Positions 39,546-48,995 of a stretch of DNA of 64,000 nt are shown here, piece by piece. The DNA is from Marinobacter sp. (GTDB lineage Bacteria; Pseudomonadota; Gammaproteobacteria; Pseudomonadales; Oleiphilaceae), in assembly GCF_040904845.1 (NCBI RefSeq), contig NZ_JBBDSR010000070.1:10475-74474 (forward strand), given 5' to 3'. The position numbers and the translations under genes were made by a program. A model generated the notes under the pieces. That model did not search any database and was not told the DNA's origin. It was given only the letters and a program-made list of their open reading frames with translations. How positions within the stretch are numbered: the stretch's first letter is position 1; each line of letters starts with the position of its first letter.

Positions 39546-41041
39546 CGGCGGCGATTGTCTTCCATGCGGGAGAGGAACTCCTGCATGATGAGGGTGTACA
39601 GCTCGCCCCCCAGAAAACGGTCCTCCACGCCAGCGTCAATACTCGGGTTGTCGTTCACTTCAATGACCGCCACGCGGTTGCCCGACTGTTTGATATCCAC
39701 GCCATACAGGCCGTTGCCAATCAACCGGGTGGCATTCAGCGCCGCCTGAATCACATTTCGCGGTACCTCGTAGGTGGGCATGGTTTCGAAGCCGCCGCTG
39801 CCCACCTCCGCACCACCATGCTGATAAATCTGCCAGTGGCCTTTCACCATGTAATATTTACACGCGTAGATGGCCCGGCCACCCAGCACGCCGATTCGCC
39901 AGTCATAATCGGTATACAAATACTCCTGAGCGAGCACCAGCGCGGACTGTTTGAACAGTTCCTTTAATCCGGCTTTCAGGGATTTTTCATCCTCGGCCTT
40001 GTTGACCCCACGGGAGAACGCACCATCGGGAATCTTGATCACCGCCGGAAAGCCCAGTTCGCGGATTACCTGCTCTGAGGCATCCTTCTGATCCTTAGAC
40101 AGAATCAGGGTCCTCGGTGTCGGTACTTTGTTGTTTTTCAGCAGATCCGCGAGAAACACTTTATTGGTGCAGCGCAGGATGGAAACCGGATCATCGATCA
40201 CCACCATGCCCTCCGCTGCAGCCTTGCGGGCAAACCGGTAGGTGTGATGATCAATGGCCGTCGTTTCGCGAATAAACAGCCCGTCGTATTCCGGCAGGCG
40301 CATGTAATCGCGGCGGGTAATCTGCTCTACGTTGATGCCCAGCTTCCGCCCGGCTTTCTCGAACCGGCTGAGGGCGATCTTGTCACTGGGCGGCATTTCC
40401 TCTTCCGGATTGACCAGCACTGCCAGGTCGAAGCGGTAGCGGCGACGGGTGCGGGGCTTGCGCCACACCATGCTGCTGAACCGATCAAAGGCAGCGGCAA
40501 AAACATCCTGCTCTTTTTCGTTGAGATCCGCCGGTGCGGCCGGCTTCATGGACGCTATCTGCCAGGTCTTCCGGCGCTTGAAGACCACCTCCAGAATCGG
40601 GCAGGGAAAGCGTTCAAACAGCGCGCGGGCAACCGGCTTCAGATCCGCATGGCTGGCCTGGCCGAAAAAGGTGCGGATGCGCACTTCGTGAGTGGCATTG
40701 CGGTCGTCACTGGCCGGGTCAATTTCAGAACCGGCGGCCTCCAGCCAGGTCATGACACTGGCATCCAGCTCTTCAAGCTCAAGAGAGAACAGCCCTTTGC
40801 GACTCAGGTCATTCAGGGTCATCACCGATGGCACCACATGATGCCCCCGCGCTTCGGCAAGCAGGGAACAGTAATACCCGCGGCTCAGATACTTCGCACT
40901 CTGGCACAGGTTGATCACCCGCACCCGGCTCGCCGCTGGGGCCGAAAACTGAAGATACTGATCAAAAGTAAGCACGTCTTCGCTGGGGTAATAAGGTGCC
41001 CAGTCTTTGGCGCGATCCACGACGATAAGCAAACGGGACAT
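39542..41041 (-). CDS. RimK-family ATP-grasp ligase with about 200-aa N-terminal RimK-associated domain
   Basis: The C-terminal half is RimK-type ATP-grasp (GFPAVIKIPDGAFSRGV, IGVLGGRAIYACKYYM, YGVDIKQSGNRVAVIEVNDNPS). Start trimmed to ATG 41041 (GGGAGGA Shine-Dalgarno). Confidence 0.85.
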   Translation of the reverse strand: MSRLLIVVDRAKDWAPYYPSEDVLTFDQYLQFSAPAASRVRVINLCQSAKYLSRGYYCSLLAEARGHHVVPSVMTLNDLSRKGLFSLELEELDASVMTWLEAAGSEIDPASDDRNATHEVRIRTFFGQASHADLKPVARALFERFPCPILEVVFKRRKTWQIASMKPAAPADLNEKEQDVFAAAFDRFSSMVWRKPRTRRRYRFDLAVLVNPEEEMPPSDKIALSRFEKAGRKLGINVEQITRRDYMRLPEYDGLFIRETTAIDHHTYRFARKAAAEGMVVIDDPVSILRCTNKVFLADLLKNNKVPTPRTLILSKDQKDASEQVIRELGFPAVIKIPDGAFSRGVNKAEDEKSLKAGLKELFKQSALVLAQEYLYTDYDWRIGVLGGRAIYACKYYMVKGHWQIYQHGGAEVGSGGFETMPTYEVPRNVIQAALNATRLIGNGLYGVDIKQSGNRVAVIEVNDNPSIDAGVEDRFLGGELYTLIMQEFLSRMEDNRRR

Positions 41042-41235
41042 GCAGGTCCTCCCTGAGGATAAATCCGCTCGATTGCCGGCAACAATACGCCCGCCCCCAC
41101 AAGCGCACAATGCTTTGAAGATGCGTGCTTTTACGCATGATGGCGCTATTTGCGCTTGCCCGACTCTCTACCATAATAGCGTGATACGGGAAGCCTGCGA
41201 GCCGCCCCGACCACGATGTACCAAGGCACGTATTT

Positions 41236-42348
41236 ATGTCCGATGTCACCCTTCGCCAAGCGAGCAGCCGCGATCTTGACGCACTGATGGAACTGGAGAA
41301 CCGCAGTTTCCGCGACGACAGGATTTCCCGCCGCAGCTTCCGTCGTTTCCTGGACATGCCCCGGGATCGTCTGGTGGTCGCGGAACTGAACAACCAGCTC
41401 ATCGGCTATTGCCTGGTACTGATGAACGCCGCCACCAGGCTAGCGCGGATCTATTCCCTTGCGGTGTCACCGACGGCTCGTGGTCGCGGCGTTGGCGAAA
41501 TGCTCATTCGGGAAGCCGAGAAAGAGGCGGCTGAGGCCGACCGCATCGTTATGCGCCTGGAGGTGCGTGACGACAACGCAGCTGCAATCAACCTCTACAA
41601 ACGGCTGGGGTACCGACAATTCGGCACCTATCGAGATTATTACGAAGACCACGGTGACGCCTTACGCTTTGAACGCCGGATTCTGTTTTACGAACCGTCC
41701 CGCGAGTTTCCGAAAGTGCCCTATTACCCGCAGACCACGGAATTTTCCTGTGGCCCGGCCGCGCTGATCATGGCGATGGCTACTCTGGACGAGAAACAGC
41801 CAGTCACCACCCTGGAGGAACTGAAGATCTGGCGCGAGGCCACCACCATTTTCATGTTGGCCGGTCATGGCGGCTGCGGCCCTCACGGCCTGGCACTGTC
41901 AGCGTGGCACCGGGGTTTTCACGCCAGCGCCTGGATCAGCAAGGAAGGTGCGCTGTTCAAGGACACGGTGAGAAACGACGACAAGAAGCGGGTTCTGGAG
42001 CTGGTGCATGAAGGGTTCCTGCACGATATCGGGCAGACCGGCATCGCCATCCACCACGATCCACTGACCCTTGCAGGCATGGAATCAGCGCTGCATGAAG
42101 GCCACGTGCCGGTGATCCTGATCAGCACCTGGCAGCTCAACCGCAGCCGGGTGCCGCACTGGGTCACTGTGTGTGCCATCGATGACCAGTTCGTCTACCT
42201 GCACGATCCGGAGATCGATGTGCACGCCGGCGAAACCATGGCCGACAAGCAATACCTGCCGATCGATCGCCGGGTGTTCGACAGGATGTCGCGCTACGGC
42301 AGTAACCAGCCACTGCAGGCCGCGGTCATTGTCGGACCGCGACGTTAA
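41236..42348 (+). CDS. GNAT N-acetyltransferase fused to a papain-fold (C39-like) cysteine peptidase domain
   Basis: GNAT acetyl-CoA loop RGRGVGEML at aa 82-90. C-terminal domain has Cys172 (EFSCGPAAL), His308 (PHWVTV) and Asp324 (LHDPE) in Cys..His..Asp order. Confidence 0.8.
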   Translation: MSDVTLRQASSRDLDALMELENRSFRDDRISRRSFRRFLDMPRDRLVVAELNNQLIGYCLVLMNAATRLARIYSLAVSPTARGRGVGEMLIREAEKEAAEADRIVMRLEVRDDNAAAINLYKRLGYRQFGTYRDYYEDHGDALRFERRILFYEPSREFPKVPYYPQTTEFSCGPAALIMAMATLDEKQPVTTLEELKIWREATTIFMLAGHGGCGPHGLALSAWHRGFHASAWISKEGALFKDTVRNDDKKRVLELVHEGFLHDIGQTGIAIHHDPLTLAGMESALHEGHVPVILISTWQLNRSRVPHWVTVCAIDDQFVYLHDPEIDVHAGETMADKQYLPIDRRVFDRMSRYGSNQPLQAAVIVGPRR

Positions 42349-42353
42349 TACAG

Positions 42354-44414
42354 CTAGCCGGTTCGCAATGCCGCTTCCTTCAGTTCGGCGATGTCGTCCC
42401 GCAGGCGGGCGGCTTTCTCGAAATCCAGCTCGGACGCCGCCTTGTACATATCGTCCTCCAGGCGCGCCATCTCCTTGAGCACCTCCTGCGGAGACTTGTT
42501 GCCCGTTCTGGCCCGATACTTCTCGGCCTCTTCGGCCGCTTTCTGCCCCGGGCGCTCAGCCTTGCGGCGACCCCGGCCACCGCTACCGGCTCCCTCCATA
42601 ATATCAGCGACCTTCTTATTCAGGCCCTTGGGGGTAATACCATGCTCCTCATTGTGCGCCGCCTGTTTCGCCCGGCGTCGGGCCGTCTCGTCAATGGCCC
42701 GCTGCATGGAGCCGGTGATCCGGTCGCCGTAGAGTATGGCTTTGCCATTCAGGTTACGGGCTGCCCGACCAATGGTCTGGATCAATGAACGCTCGGAGCG
42801 CAGGAAACCCTCCTTATCCGCATCCAGAATACACACCAGTGAGACCTCGGGCATATCCAGCCCTTCCCGCAGCAGGTTAATACCCACCAACACATCGAAT
42901 TCACCCCGGCGGAGGTCACGGATGATTTCAACCCGCTCAACGGTGTCGATATCGGAGTGCAGGTAACGCACTTTTATATCGTGTTCCATCAGGAAGTCGG
43001 TCAGATCTTCCGCCATGCGTTTGGTGAGTGTGGTCACCAGCACCCGTTCTTTGACTTTCACCCGGGAATGGATCTCGGAGAGCAGGTCATCCACTTGGGT
43101 CGAGGCGGGCCGCACTTCGATTGCCGGGTCCAGCAGCCCGGTCGGGCGGACCACCTGCTCAACCACCTGCCCGGTATGCTCGGCCTCGTAGTTGCCAGGC
43201 GTGGCGGAGACAAAGATCATCTGCGGCGCTATCCGCTCCCACTCATCAAAACGCATGGGCCGGTTGTCGAGCGCTGACGGCAGGCGGAAGCCATACTCCA
43301 CCAGGGTTTCTTTGCGCGACCGGTCGCCTTTGTACATGGCACCGATCTGAGAGACGGTCACGTGGGATTCATCCACCACCAGCAGCGCGTTGGGTGGCAG
43401 GTAATCAAACAGCGTCGGCGGTGCTGCGCCGGGACGCCGGCCAGAAAGGTACCGGGAGTAGTTCTCAATGCCATTGCAGTAGCCCAGCTCCAGCATCATC
43501 TCGATGTCGTAGCGGGTGCGCTCTTCCAGGCGCTGGGCTTCGACCAGACGGTTGTTGTCACGCAACTGTTGCAAGCGGCCGTCCAGCTCAACCTTGATGT
43601 GTTCAACGGCATCCAGCACGGTTTGTAGGGGCGTGACGTAGTGGGATTTCGGGTATACGGTCACCCGCGGTACGCGGCGCAGAACCTCCCCGGTGAGCGG
43701 GTCGAAGTAACTGAGGTTTTCCACCTCGTCGTCGAACAGCTCGATGCGGATGGCTTCCTTTTCGGATTCCGCCGGAAACACGTCAATCACATCGCCGCGA
43801 ACACGGTAGTTGGCCCGGTGAAACTCGATGTCGTTGCGGGTGTACTGCAGCTCCGCCAATCGCTGCAGAATGTAGCGCTGATCGATCTGGTCACCCCGAT
43901 CCAGATGCAGCATCATTTTCAGGTAGGACTGGGGATCCCCCAGGCCATATATCGACGACACCGTCGCCACAATGATGGCGTCTGGCCGCTCCAGCAGCGC
44001 CTTGGTGGCCGACAACCGCATCTGTTCAATATGCTCGTTGATGGACGCATCTTTTTCGATGAACGTGTCCGACGACGGTACGTAGGCCTCAGGCTGGTAA
44101 TAGTCGTAGTAGGACACAAAGTATTCCACGGCGTTGTCCGGAAAGAACTCCCGGAACTCACCATACAACTGCGCGGCCAGCGTCTTGTTGTGGGCCATGA
44201 CAAGGGTGGGCCGCTGCACCTGCTGGATAACATTGGCGACGGTGAACGTCTTACCGGACCCGGTCACCCCCAGCAAGGTCTGGTGCGCAAGACCGGACTG
44301 GATACCGTCCACCAGCTCCTCAATCGCCTTGGGCTGGTCGCCCGCTGGCTGGAACGGGGAATCGACCTTGAACGCGCCGTCTTTCATCAGCGCGCCAGTT
44401 TCTGAAGTAGCCAT
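42354..44414 (-). CDS. uvrB: Excinuclease ABC subunit B
   Basis: Full-length UvrB (GVTGSGKTF Walker A, DESH box, C-terminal UVR domain). ATG 44387 is an alternative start. Confidence 0.97.
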   Translation of the reverse strand: MATSETGALMKDGAFKVDSPFQPAGDQPKAIEELVDGIQSGLAHQTLLGVTGSGKTFTVANVIQQVQRPTLVMAHNKTLAAQLYGEFREFFPDNAVEYFVSYYDYYQPEAYVPSSDTFIEKDASINEHIEQMRLSATKALLERPDAIIVATVSSIYGLGDPQSYLKMMLHLDRGDQIDQRYILQRLAELQYTRNDIEFHRANYRVRGDVIDVFPAESEKEAIRIELFDDEVENLSYFDPLTGEVLRRVPRVTVYPKSHYVTPLQTVLDAVEHIKVELDGRLQQLRDNNRLVEAQRLEERTRYDIEMMLELGYCNGIENYSRYLSGRRPGAAPPTLFDYLPPNALLVVDESHVTVSQIGAMYKGDRSRKETLVEYGFRLPSALDNRPMRFDEWERIAPQMIFVSATPGNYEAEHTGQVVEQVVRPTGLLDPAIEVRPASTQVDDLLSEIHSRVKVKERVLVTTLTKRMAEDLTDFLMEHDIKVRYLHSDIDTVERVEIIRDLRRGEFDVLVGINLLREGLDMPEVSLVCILDADKEGFLRSERSLIQTIGRAARNLNGKAILYGDRITGSMQRAIDETARRRAKQAAHNEEHGITPKGLNKKVADIMEGAGSGGRGRRKAERPGQKAAEEAEKYRARTGNKSPQEVLKEMARLEDDMYKAASELDFEKAARLRDDIAELKEAALRTG

Positions 44415-44597
44415 AATTGGCAGCCAACCTCCGGTAAAGGGTTCGGAATTTCAATCGTCGCAGTTTACAGAGAAATTTATCGTTACGCTGGCTTCATGGT
44501 ACCATCACTGCAATCAATGACCGCCCGCAAATCCACCAGAACCACGGGGTGCCGGCGTGTTGCAGCCCTATCAGATGCAGCTTTAAGGAGCGCAAGT

Positions 44598-45782
44598 TTG
44601 GACCTTCAACTTTCCAGCCGAGTACAGGCAATCAAGCCCTCTCCCACCCTCGCTGTCACCAACAAAGCAGCCGAGTTGCGCGCTGCAGGCCAGGACATCA
44701 TCGGCCTCGGTGCTGGCGAGCCAGACTTCGACACCCCGGATCACATCAAGCAGGCAGCCATTGAAGCCATCAACAACGGCCAGACCAAGTACACCGCCGT
44801 GGATGGTACGCCCGCGTTGAAAAAGGCGATCATTGCGAAGTTCAAACGGGACAACGGCCTGGATTACGAAGCCAACCAGGTATTAGTCAGCAGTGGTGGC
44901 AAACAGAGCTTTTTCAACCTTGCACTGGCCACTCTGAACCCGGGTGACGAAGCCATCATCCCGGCACCATACTGGGTGTCCTACCCGGACATGGTGCTGG
45001 TGGCAGAAGGCAAACCGGTAGTCATCGAAACCACCGCCGCCACCCGTTTCAAGATCACTGCAGAGCAGCTGGAAAACGCCATCACCGAGCGCAGCCGCCT
45101 GTTCGTGATCAACAGCCCGTCCAACCCCAGCGGCATGGCGTACACACTCGAAGAGCTGCAGGCCATTGGCGAAGTGCTGAAAAAGCACCCGCAAATCATG
45201 ATCGCCACCGACGACATGTATGAGCCGATCCTGTGGACTGGAAAGCCGTTCTGTAACATCCTCAACGCCACACCGGAGCTTTACGACCGCACCTTCGTGC
45301 TGAACGGCGTGTCCAAAGCCTACTCCATGACAGGATGGCGTATCGGCTACGCCGCCGGGCCGGCGAAAATCATCGGGGCGATGAAGAAGATCCAGTCCCA
45401 GAGCACGTCCAACCCGGCCTCCATCTCCCAGGCCGCTGCCGTGGCCGCCCTGGAAGGGTCACAGGACTGCGTCGGCGAAATGGTCACTGCCTTCAAGGAG
45501 CGTCATGACTGGCTGGTCGAGGCGCTGAACAAGTTGCCAGGCGTAGAGTGCCTGAACGGCGACGGCACGTTTTACGTGTTCCCCAGCTTTCAGGCCGCCA
45601 TTGATGCCGACAGCGATGTCAGCAATGATGTCGAGTTTGCCGAAAAGCTGCTCACCGAAGCCGGCGTCGCCCTAGTCCCTGGCTCCGCTTTTGGCAGCCC
45701 AGGCCATATGCGCCTGAGCTTTGCGACCAGCATGGATAACCTGAAAAAAGCCATCGAACGGTTGCAAAAAGCCCTCGGCTAA
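44598..45782 (+). CDS. PLP-dependent aspartate aminotransferase (class I)
   Basis: GAGEPDFDTP, SNPSG and SKAYSMTGWRIGY (PLP Lys) are present. Start trimmed to TTG 44598, 7 nt after AAGGAG. Confidence 0.88.
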   Translation: MDLQLSSRVQAIKPSPTLAVTNKAAELRAAGQDIIGLGAGEPDFDTPDHIKQAAIEAINNGQTKYTAVDGTPALKKAIIAKFKRDNGLDYEANQVLVSSGGKQSFFNLALATLNPGDEAIIPAPYWVSYPDMVLVAEGKPVVIETTAATRFKITAEQLENAITERSRLFVINSPSNPSGMAYTLEELQAIGEVLKKHPQIMIATDDMYEPILWTGKPFCNILNATPELYDRTFVLNGVSKAYSMTGWRIGYAAGPAKIIGAMKKIQSQSTSNPASISQAAAVAALEGSQDCVGEMVTAFKERHDWLVEALNKLPGVECLNGDGTFYVFPSFQAAIDADSDVSNDVEFAEKLLTEAGVALVPGSAFGSPGHMRLSFATSMDNLKKAIERLQKALG

Positions 45783-45799
45783 ATTTCTTAGCCAGGGGT

Positions 45800-45828
45800 T
45801 GACGGGGCGGTATAGTCACCTTAATATA
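45800..45828 (+). promoter_or_regulatory. Sigma70 promoter of tRNA-Asn copy 2
   Basis: TTGACG, 17-nt spacer, TAATAT, then a GC-rich discriminator (ACGCGCC). Confidence 0.6.
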
Positions 45829-45851
45829 CGCGCCTCGTCACATGACGACGT

Positions 45852-45927
45852 TCCCCGATAGCTCAGTTGGTAGAGCAACGGACTGTTAATCCGTTTGTCC
45901 CTGGTTCGAGCCCAGGTCGGGGAGCCA
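45852..45927 (+). tRNA. asnT: tRNA-Asn (anticodon GTT), CCA encoded
   Basis: 76 nt and differs from copy 1 at 3 positions. Two of these are a compensatory swap in the T-stem, and one converts a T.G acceptor pair to C-G. Confidence 0.95.
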
Positions 45928-45936
45928 CTATTTTGA

Positions 45937-45975
45937 AAGCCCGCTAATTCTTTGAGTTAGCGGGCTTTTTTCGTT
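45937..45975 (+). terminator. Rho-independent terminator after tRNA-Asn copy 2
   Basis: AAGCCCGCTAA...TTAGCGGGCTT stem followed by TTTTTCGTTTTT. Confidence 0.8.
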
Positions 45976-46101
45976 TTTGGCTTTGGTGTTTTTTCTGCGT
46001 GGATTGGAGAATGATGGCCAAGTCCTGCCCTAGCCTGCTTGCTTGGCGGGATGGGTGTGGGTGGAGCCCCCTCCTTCGGACTTAGTGCGATAGTCACAAA
46101 C

Positions 46102-46196
46102 GTAGGTCGGATTAGGCGCAGCCGTAATCCGACAAAATTGAACGCATGTTGGGTGGTAAACGTTTTGTCGGATTACGCTTCGCTAATCCGACCTAC
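46102..46196. repeat. REP doublet (second copy of the 33809-33921 family)
   Basis: GTAGGTCGGATTAGGCGCAGCCGTAATCCGACA ... TGTCGGATTACGCTTCGCTAATCCGACCTAC. The right arm is identical to that of the first locus. Confidence 0.85.
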
Positions 46197-46306
46197 GCTT
46201 TTCAGGCTTTCGAACCGACTATGTCACCGCTGCACACCAGGCGAGGATGTAAGCCCTCCCCCTCAGTTGAAAGGCTAGGGCCAGCATCAGCCGCGACGCA
46301 CCAAAG

Positions 46307-47017
46307 CTAGACCGAAAGCACTTCTGCGTGGATCGCCTCCAACGCCGCCAACGGATCAGCCGCCTGAGTAATAGGACGCCCGATAACCAGGTAATCGGAC
46401 CCGGCCTTAAGGGCATCCGCAGGGGTCATAATGCGCTGCTGATCACCTTTATCGGCGGTCAGTGGGCGAATTCCCGGGGTGATCAGTTTGAAGTCGGTAC
46501 CCTGCTCTGCTTTCAGTTTTGGTGCTTCCTGGGCGGAACAGACGACGCCGTCCAGGCCGCAGTTTTTTGTCAGGGTTGCCAGCCGGGACACCTGGGCTTC
46601 CGGGCTTTCAGAGATACCGATGCCCGCCAGGTCATCGGCGGACATGCTGGTCAGTACCGTGACGGCAATCAGCAAAGGCCGGTCCGCGCCAAAGGCTTCC
46701 AGGCGCTCGCGGCAGGCCAGCATCATGTTTTCACCGCCTGAGGCGTGAACGTTGACCATCCAGACGCCCAGGTCCGCGGCGGCCGCCACCGCCGCTGAGG
46801 TGGTGTTGGGGATATCGTGGAACTTCAGGTCCAGAAACACTTCGAAGCCGCGATTCTGCAGGCTGCGCACAAGGGCCGGGCCGGAGCGGGTGAAGAGCTC
46901 TTTGCCAACTTTCAGCCGGCATTTTCCGGGGTCCAGTTGGTCGACCAGCGCTAGCGCCAGATCCTCTGAGGGGAAATCCAGGGCAACGATGATCTTCGGG
47001 TCATGTTTGGTTTGCAC
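46307..47017 (-). CDS. pyrF: Orotidine-5'-phosphate decarboxylase
   Basis: [18 protein letters not shown] and the VHASGG region are present. GTG start with GAAGGA Shine-Dalgarno. Confidence 0.93.
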   Translation of the reverse strand: MQTKHDPKIIVALDFPSEDLALALVDQLDPGKCRLKVGKELFTRSGPALVRSLQNRGFEVFLDLKFHDIPNTTSAAVAAAADLGVWMVNVHASGGENMMLACRERLEAFGADRPLLIAVTVLTSMSADDLAGIGISESPEAQVSRLATLTKNCGLDGVVCSAQEAPKLKAEQGTDFKLITPGIRPLTADKGDQQRIMTPADALKAGSDYLVIGRPITQAADPLAALEAIHAEVLSV

Positions 47018-47031
47018 GGTCAGGTCCTTCG

Positions 47032-48201
47032 TTATTCGGCCTCAACACCCTGAATCGGGCGTACGGTTTCCCATTGTTTGCAGCTTGGGCATAGCCAGTG
47101 TAATTGTCTGCCGGAGAAACCGCAGCTCACGCAGCGATAGACCGGCCGGTTGGCGAGAATCAGATGGCCGATACGGCTGACCAGGCGGCCTTCGTCGGAG
47201 GTCATGCCTTTTTCATAGCCGGCCATTTCCACCAGCCGTAATAGACCCCGGACACTTGGCCGCACCTCGAGTTCACGGCGCAACAGCTCAATGGCCGCTG
47301 GCCGTCCGGATGCGCGCTCCACGGATTCCACCAGGGCCAGCAGCAAACTGGTATTTGGCCAGGTTTCATACAATTTACGAAGCTTCTTGGAAAGCCGGCC
47401 GATGTCACCATGCTCATGCTCGAGCTTCATTAACCGATCCACTGCTTCAGAGCCAAACTCCGGGTTCTGGTCAAATACTTTGAAGCTCTGGTTGGTGGCT
47501 TCCTTGAAATTGCCCTGGCGAACCTGCAGTTTCATCAGAATGAAGGTCGCACGGACACAGGCACCGTCGTACTCCAGCGCTTCTTTCGCCAGTTTCTGGG
47601 CACCCCAGCGATCATCGGTCTTAAAGGCTTCGTCTGCGATCTCGCAGGTGATGTACGCCAACACTTTTAGTACAGCCGGGTCGGTCTGGCCATTGGTCAA
47701 CGTTCTCGCAACCTGGGCGGCCTTTTCCCATTCCTTTTCCTGCTGGTACAGCTCGATCAGCTGTAACGAGGACTTTCGGCCGTACTCCCGATCACCCATC
47801 AACTCCTGAAGCAAGGCTTCAGCACGATCAAGAAGCCCTGCATTCAGATAGTCGAGGGCCAGCTCAAACGTCACTTGCGGGGAGTATCGGGGGGGAAGTT
47901 CTGGGCGCGCCAGAAGGTTCTGATGAATCAGGATGGCGCGGTCGGTTTCGCCCTTATGACGAAAATGGGCACCGACAGAAAGATGGAGGCTAACGGTGTC
48001 ACGATTGACCGCCAGAGACTGGACGAAATTTTCAACCGCCTGATCGGAGTAGTTGGTAAACAAAAACTGAAGGCGGTCTTTGACGGAGTCTTCATCAGCG
48101 ATGATTTTTTTTGAGCGCCGGCCAGAGCTGCCGAGGCGCCCGGCAAACCAACCGGCCGCGACAGCGACGGTCAGAAGCAGCCACTGAAGCACTATTTCCA
48201 T
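47032..48201 (-). CDS. lapB: Lipopolysaccharide assembly protein LapB (YciM): TPR repeats plus C-terminal rubredoxin-like zinc site
   Basis: N-terminal TM helix, TPR repeats, and C-terminal [24 protein letters not shown] 48201 overlaps the lapA stop (TGATG). Confidence 0.9.
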   Translation of the reverse strand: MEIVLQWLLLTVAVAAGWFAGRLGSSGRRSKKIIADEDSVKDRLQFLFTNYSDQAVENFVQSLAVNRDTVSLHLSVGAHFRHKGETDRAILIHQNLLARPELPPRYSPQVTFELALDYLNAGLLDRAEALLQELMGDREYGRKSSLQLIELYQQEKEWEKAAQVARTLTNGQTDPAVLKVLAYITCEIADEAFKTDDRWGAQKLAKEALEYDGACVRATFILMKLQVRQGNFKEATNQSFKVFDQNPEFGSEAVDRLMKLEHEHGDIGRLSKKLRKLYETWPNTSLLLALVESVERASGRPAAIELLRRELEVRPSVRGLLRLVEMAGYEKGMTSDEGRLVSRIGHLILANRPVYRCVSCGFSGRQLHWLCPSCKQWETVRPIQGVEAE

Positions 48202-48503
48202 CAAAGTGTCCGGTCGTTCTCGGCCCTGGATTTCTCCAATGCCTGCTCGGTACGGGCAAGCTGTTTCTGAAGGTGTCGGCGGGAAACAGATGTGCGGAAT
48301 GTCGCCAGCATGGTGATCAGCACACCCACCAGAGCGCCCAGCACAAAAGACAGGACAATCCAGATAGCGACCCCGTGGGGTTGAGTTTCAAACACCAGAA
48401 AATTCAGCGATACCGCCATCTGGTTGTTGAGGGAAAAGACCAGCGCCACCAGGACCAAAAACAACACAAACAGAATGATTAGAACTTTCTGCAACCCTGC
48501 CAT
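48201..48503 (-). CDS. lapA: Lipopolysaccharide assembly protein LapA (YciS, DUF1049)
   Basis: 100-aa protein with two TM helices, directly upstream of and coupled to lapB. Confidence 0.75.
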   Translation of the reverse strand: MAGLQKVLIILFVLFLVLVALVFSLNNQMAVSLNFLVFETQPHGVAIWIVLSFVLGALVGVLITMLATFRTSVSRRHLQKQLARTEQALEKSRAENDRTL

Positions 48504-48569
48504 CGCTGTCTTGCTCCCTACGGGACGGTCAAATAAACCCCGGTCAGTGTAATGCGCTATGAGAACTGA

Positions 48570-48866
48570 TCAGAACCCTTTTTTCAGGCTGTCATTCACT
48601 TGTTCGCGCAGTTCCTTGCCTGGCTTGAAATGCGGTACAAACTTGGCGGGCAACTGAACTGCCTCGCCGGTCTTTGGGTTTCGGCCCGTTCTCGCTGCAC
48701 GATGATGCAGGGAAAAGCTGCCGAATCCACGAATTTCGATTCGCTGCCCACTCGACAGGGACTGCGACATGTGTTCAATCACTGTTTTTACGGCCAACTC
48801 CACATCCTTGACGGATAGCTGAGTCTGCTTCGACGCTATCAGCTCAACCAGTTCGGACTTCGTCAT
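48570..48866 (-). CDS. ihfB: Integration host factor beta subunit
   Basis: [31 protein letters not shown] matches IHF-beta. Confidence 0.95.
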   Translation of the reverse strand: MTKSELVELIASKQTQLSVKDVELAVKTVIEHMSQSLSSGQRIEIRGFGSFSLHHRAARTGRNPKTGEAVQLPAKFVPHFKPGKELREQVNDSLKKGF

Positions 48867-48948
48867 GAGGCGTTTCCCTCTTCTTTATTGTTGGATAGCC
48901 GGTTACCAGCTCCATGATCCTAGTTTAGCCAAACCAGAAAAAAACACA

Positions 48949-48980
48949 AAAAAAACGGGCTCTTAGAGCCCGTTTTTTTC
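48949..48980. terminator. Bidirectional rho-independent terminator (serves rpsA)
   Basis: A-run-ACGGGCTC-TTA-GAGCCCGT-TTTTTTC. Confidence 0.85.
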
Positions 48981-48995
48981 GTACCAACCGGAAAT

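Noticed and set aside
44415-44597. Looked for a LexA SOS box (CTG-N10-CAG) in the uvrB/aminotransferase divergent promoter region.
   Set aside because: The only two CTG triplets in the region are followed after 10 nt by ACC and CCG. No SOS box is present, so I make no claim. Absence of LexA control of uvrB is known in some gammaproteobacteria.
31117-45927. Direct repeat of tRNA-Asn genes bracketing 14.7 kb, which could mark a genomic island.
   Set aside because: The content is core housekeeping (rlmL, rmf, pyrD, uvrB, aminotransferase, apeB). There is no integrase, no partial tRNA att repeat and no obvious compositional break.
46039-46278. 79-aa ORF spanning the second REP doublet.
   Set aside because: It reads straight through a palindromic repeat element, has no Shine-Dalgarno, and its counterpart at the first REP locus (33898-34119) is on the other strand. 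It is a repeat-derived artefact.
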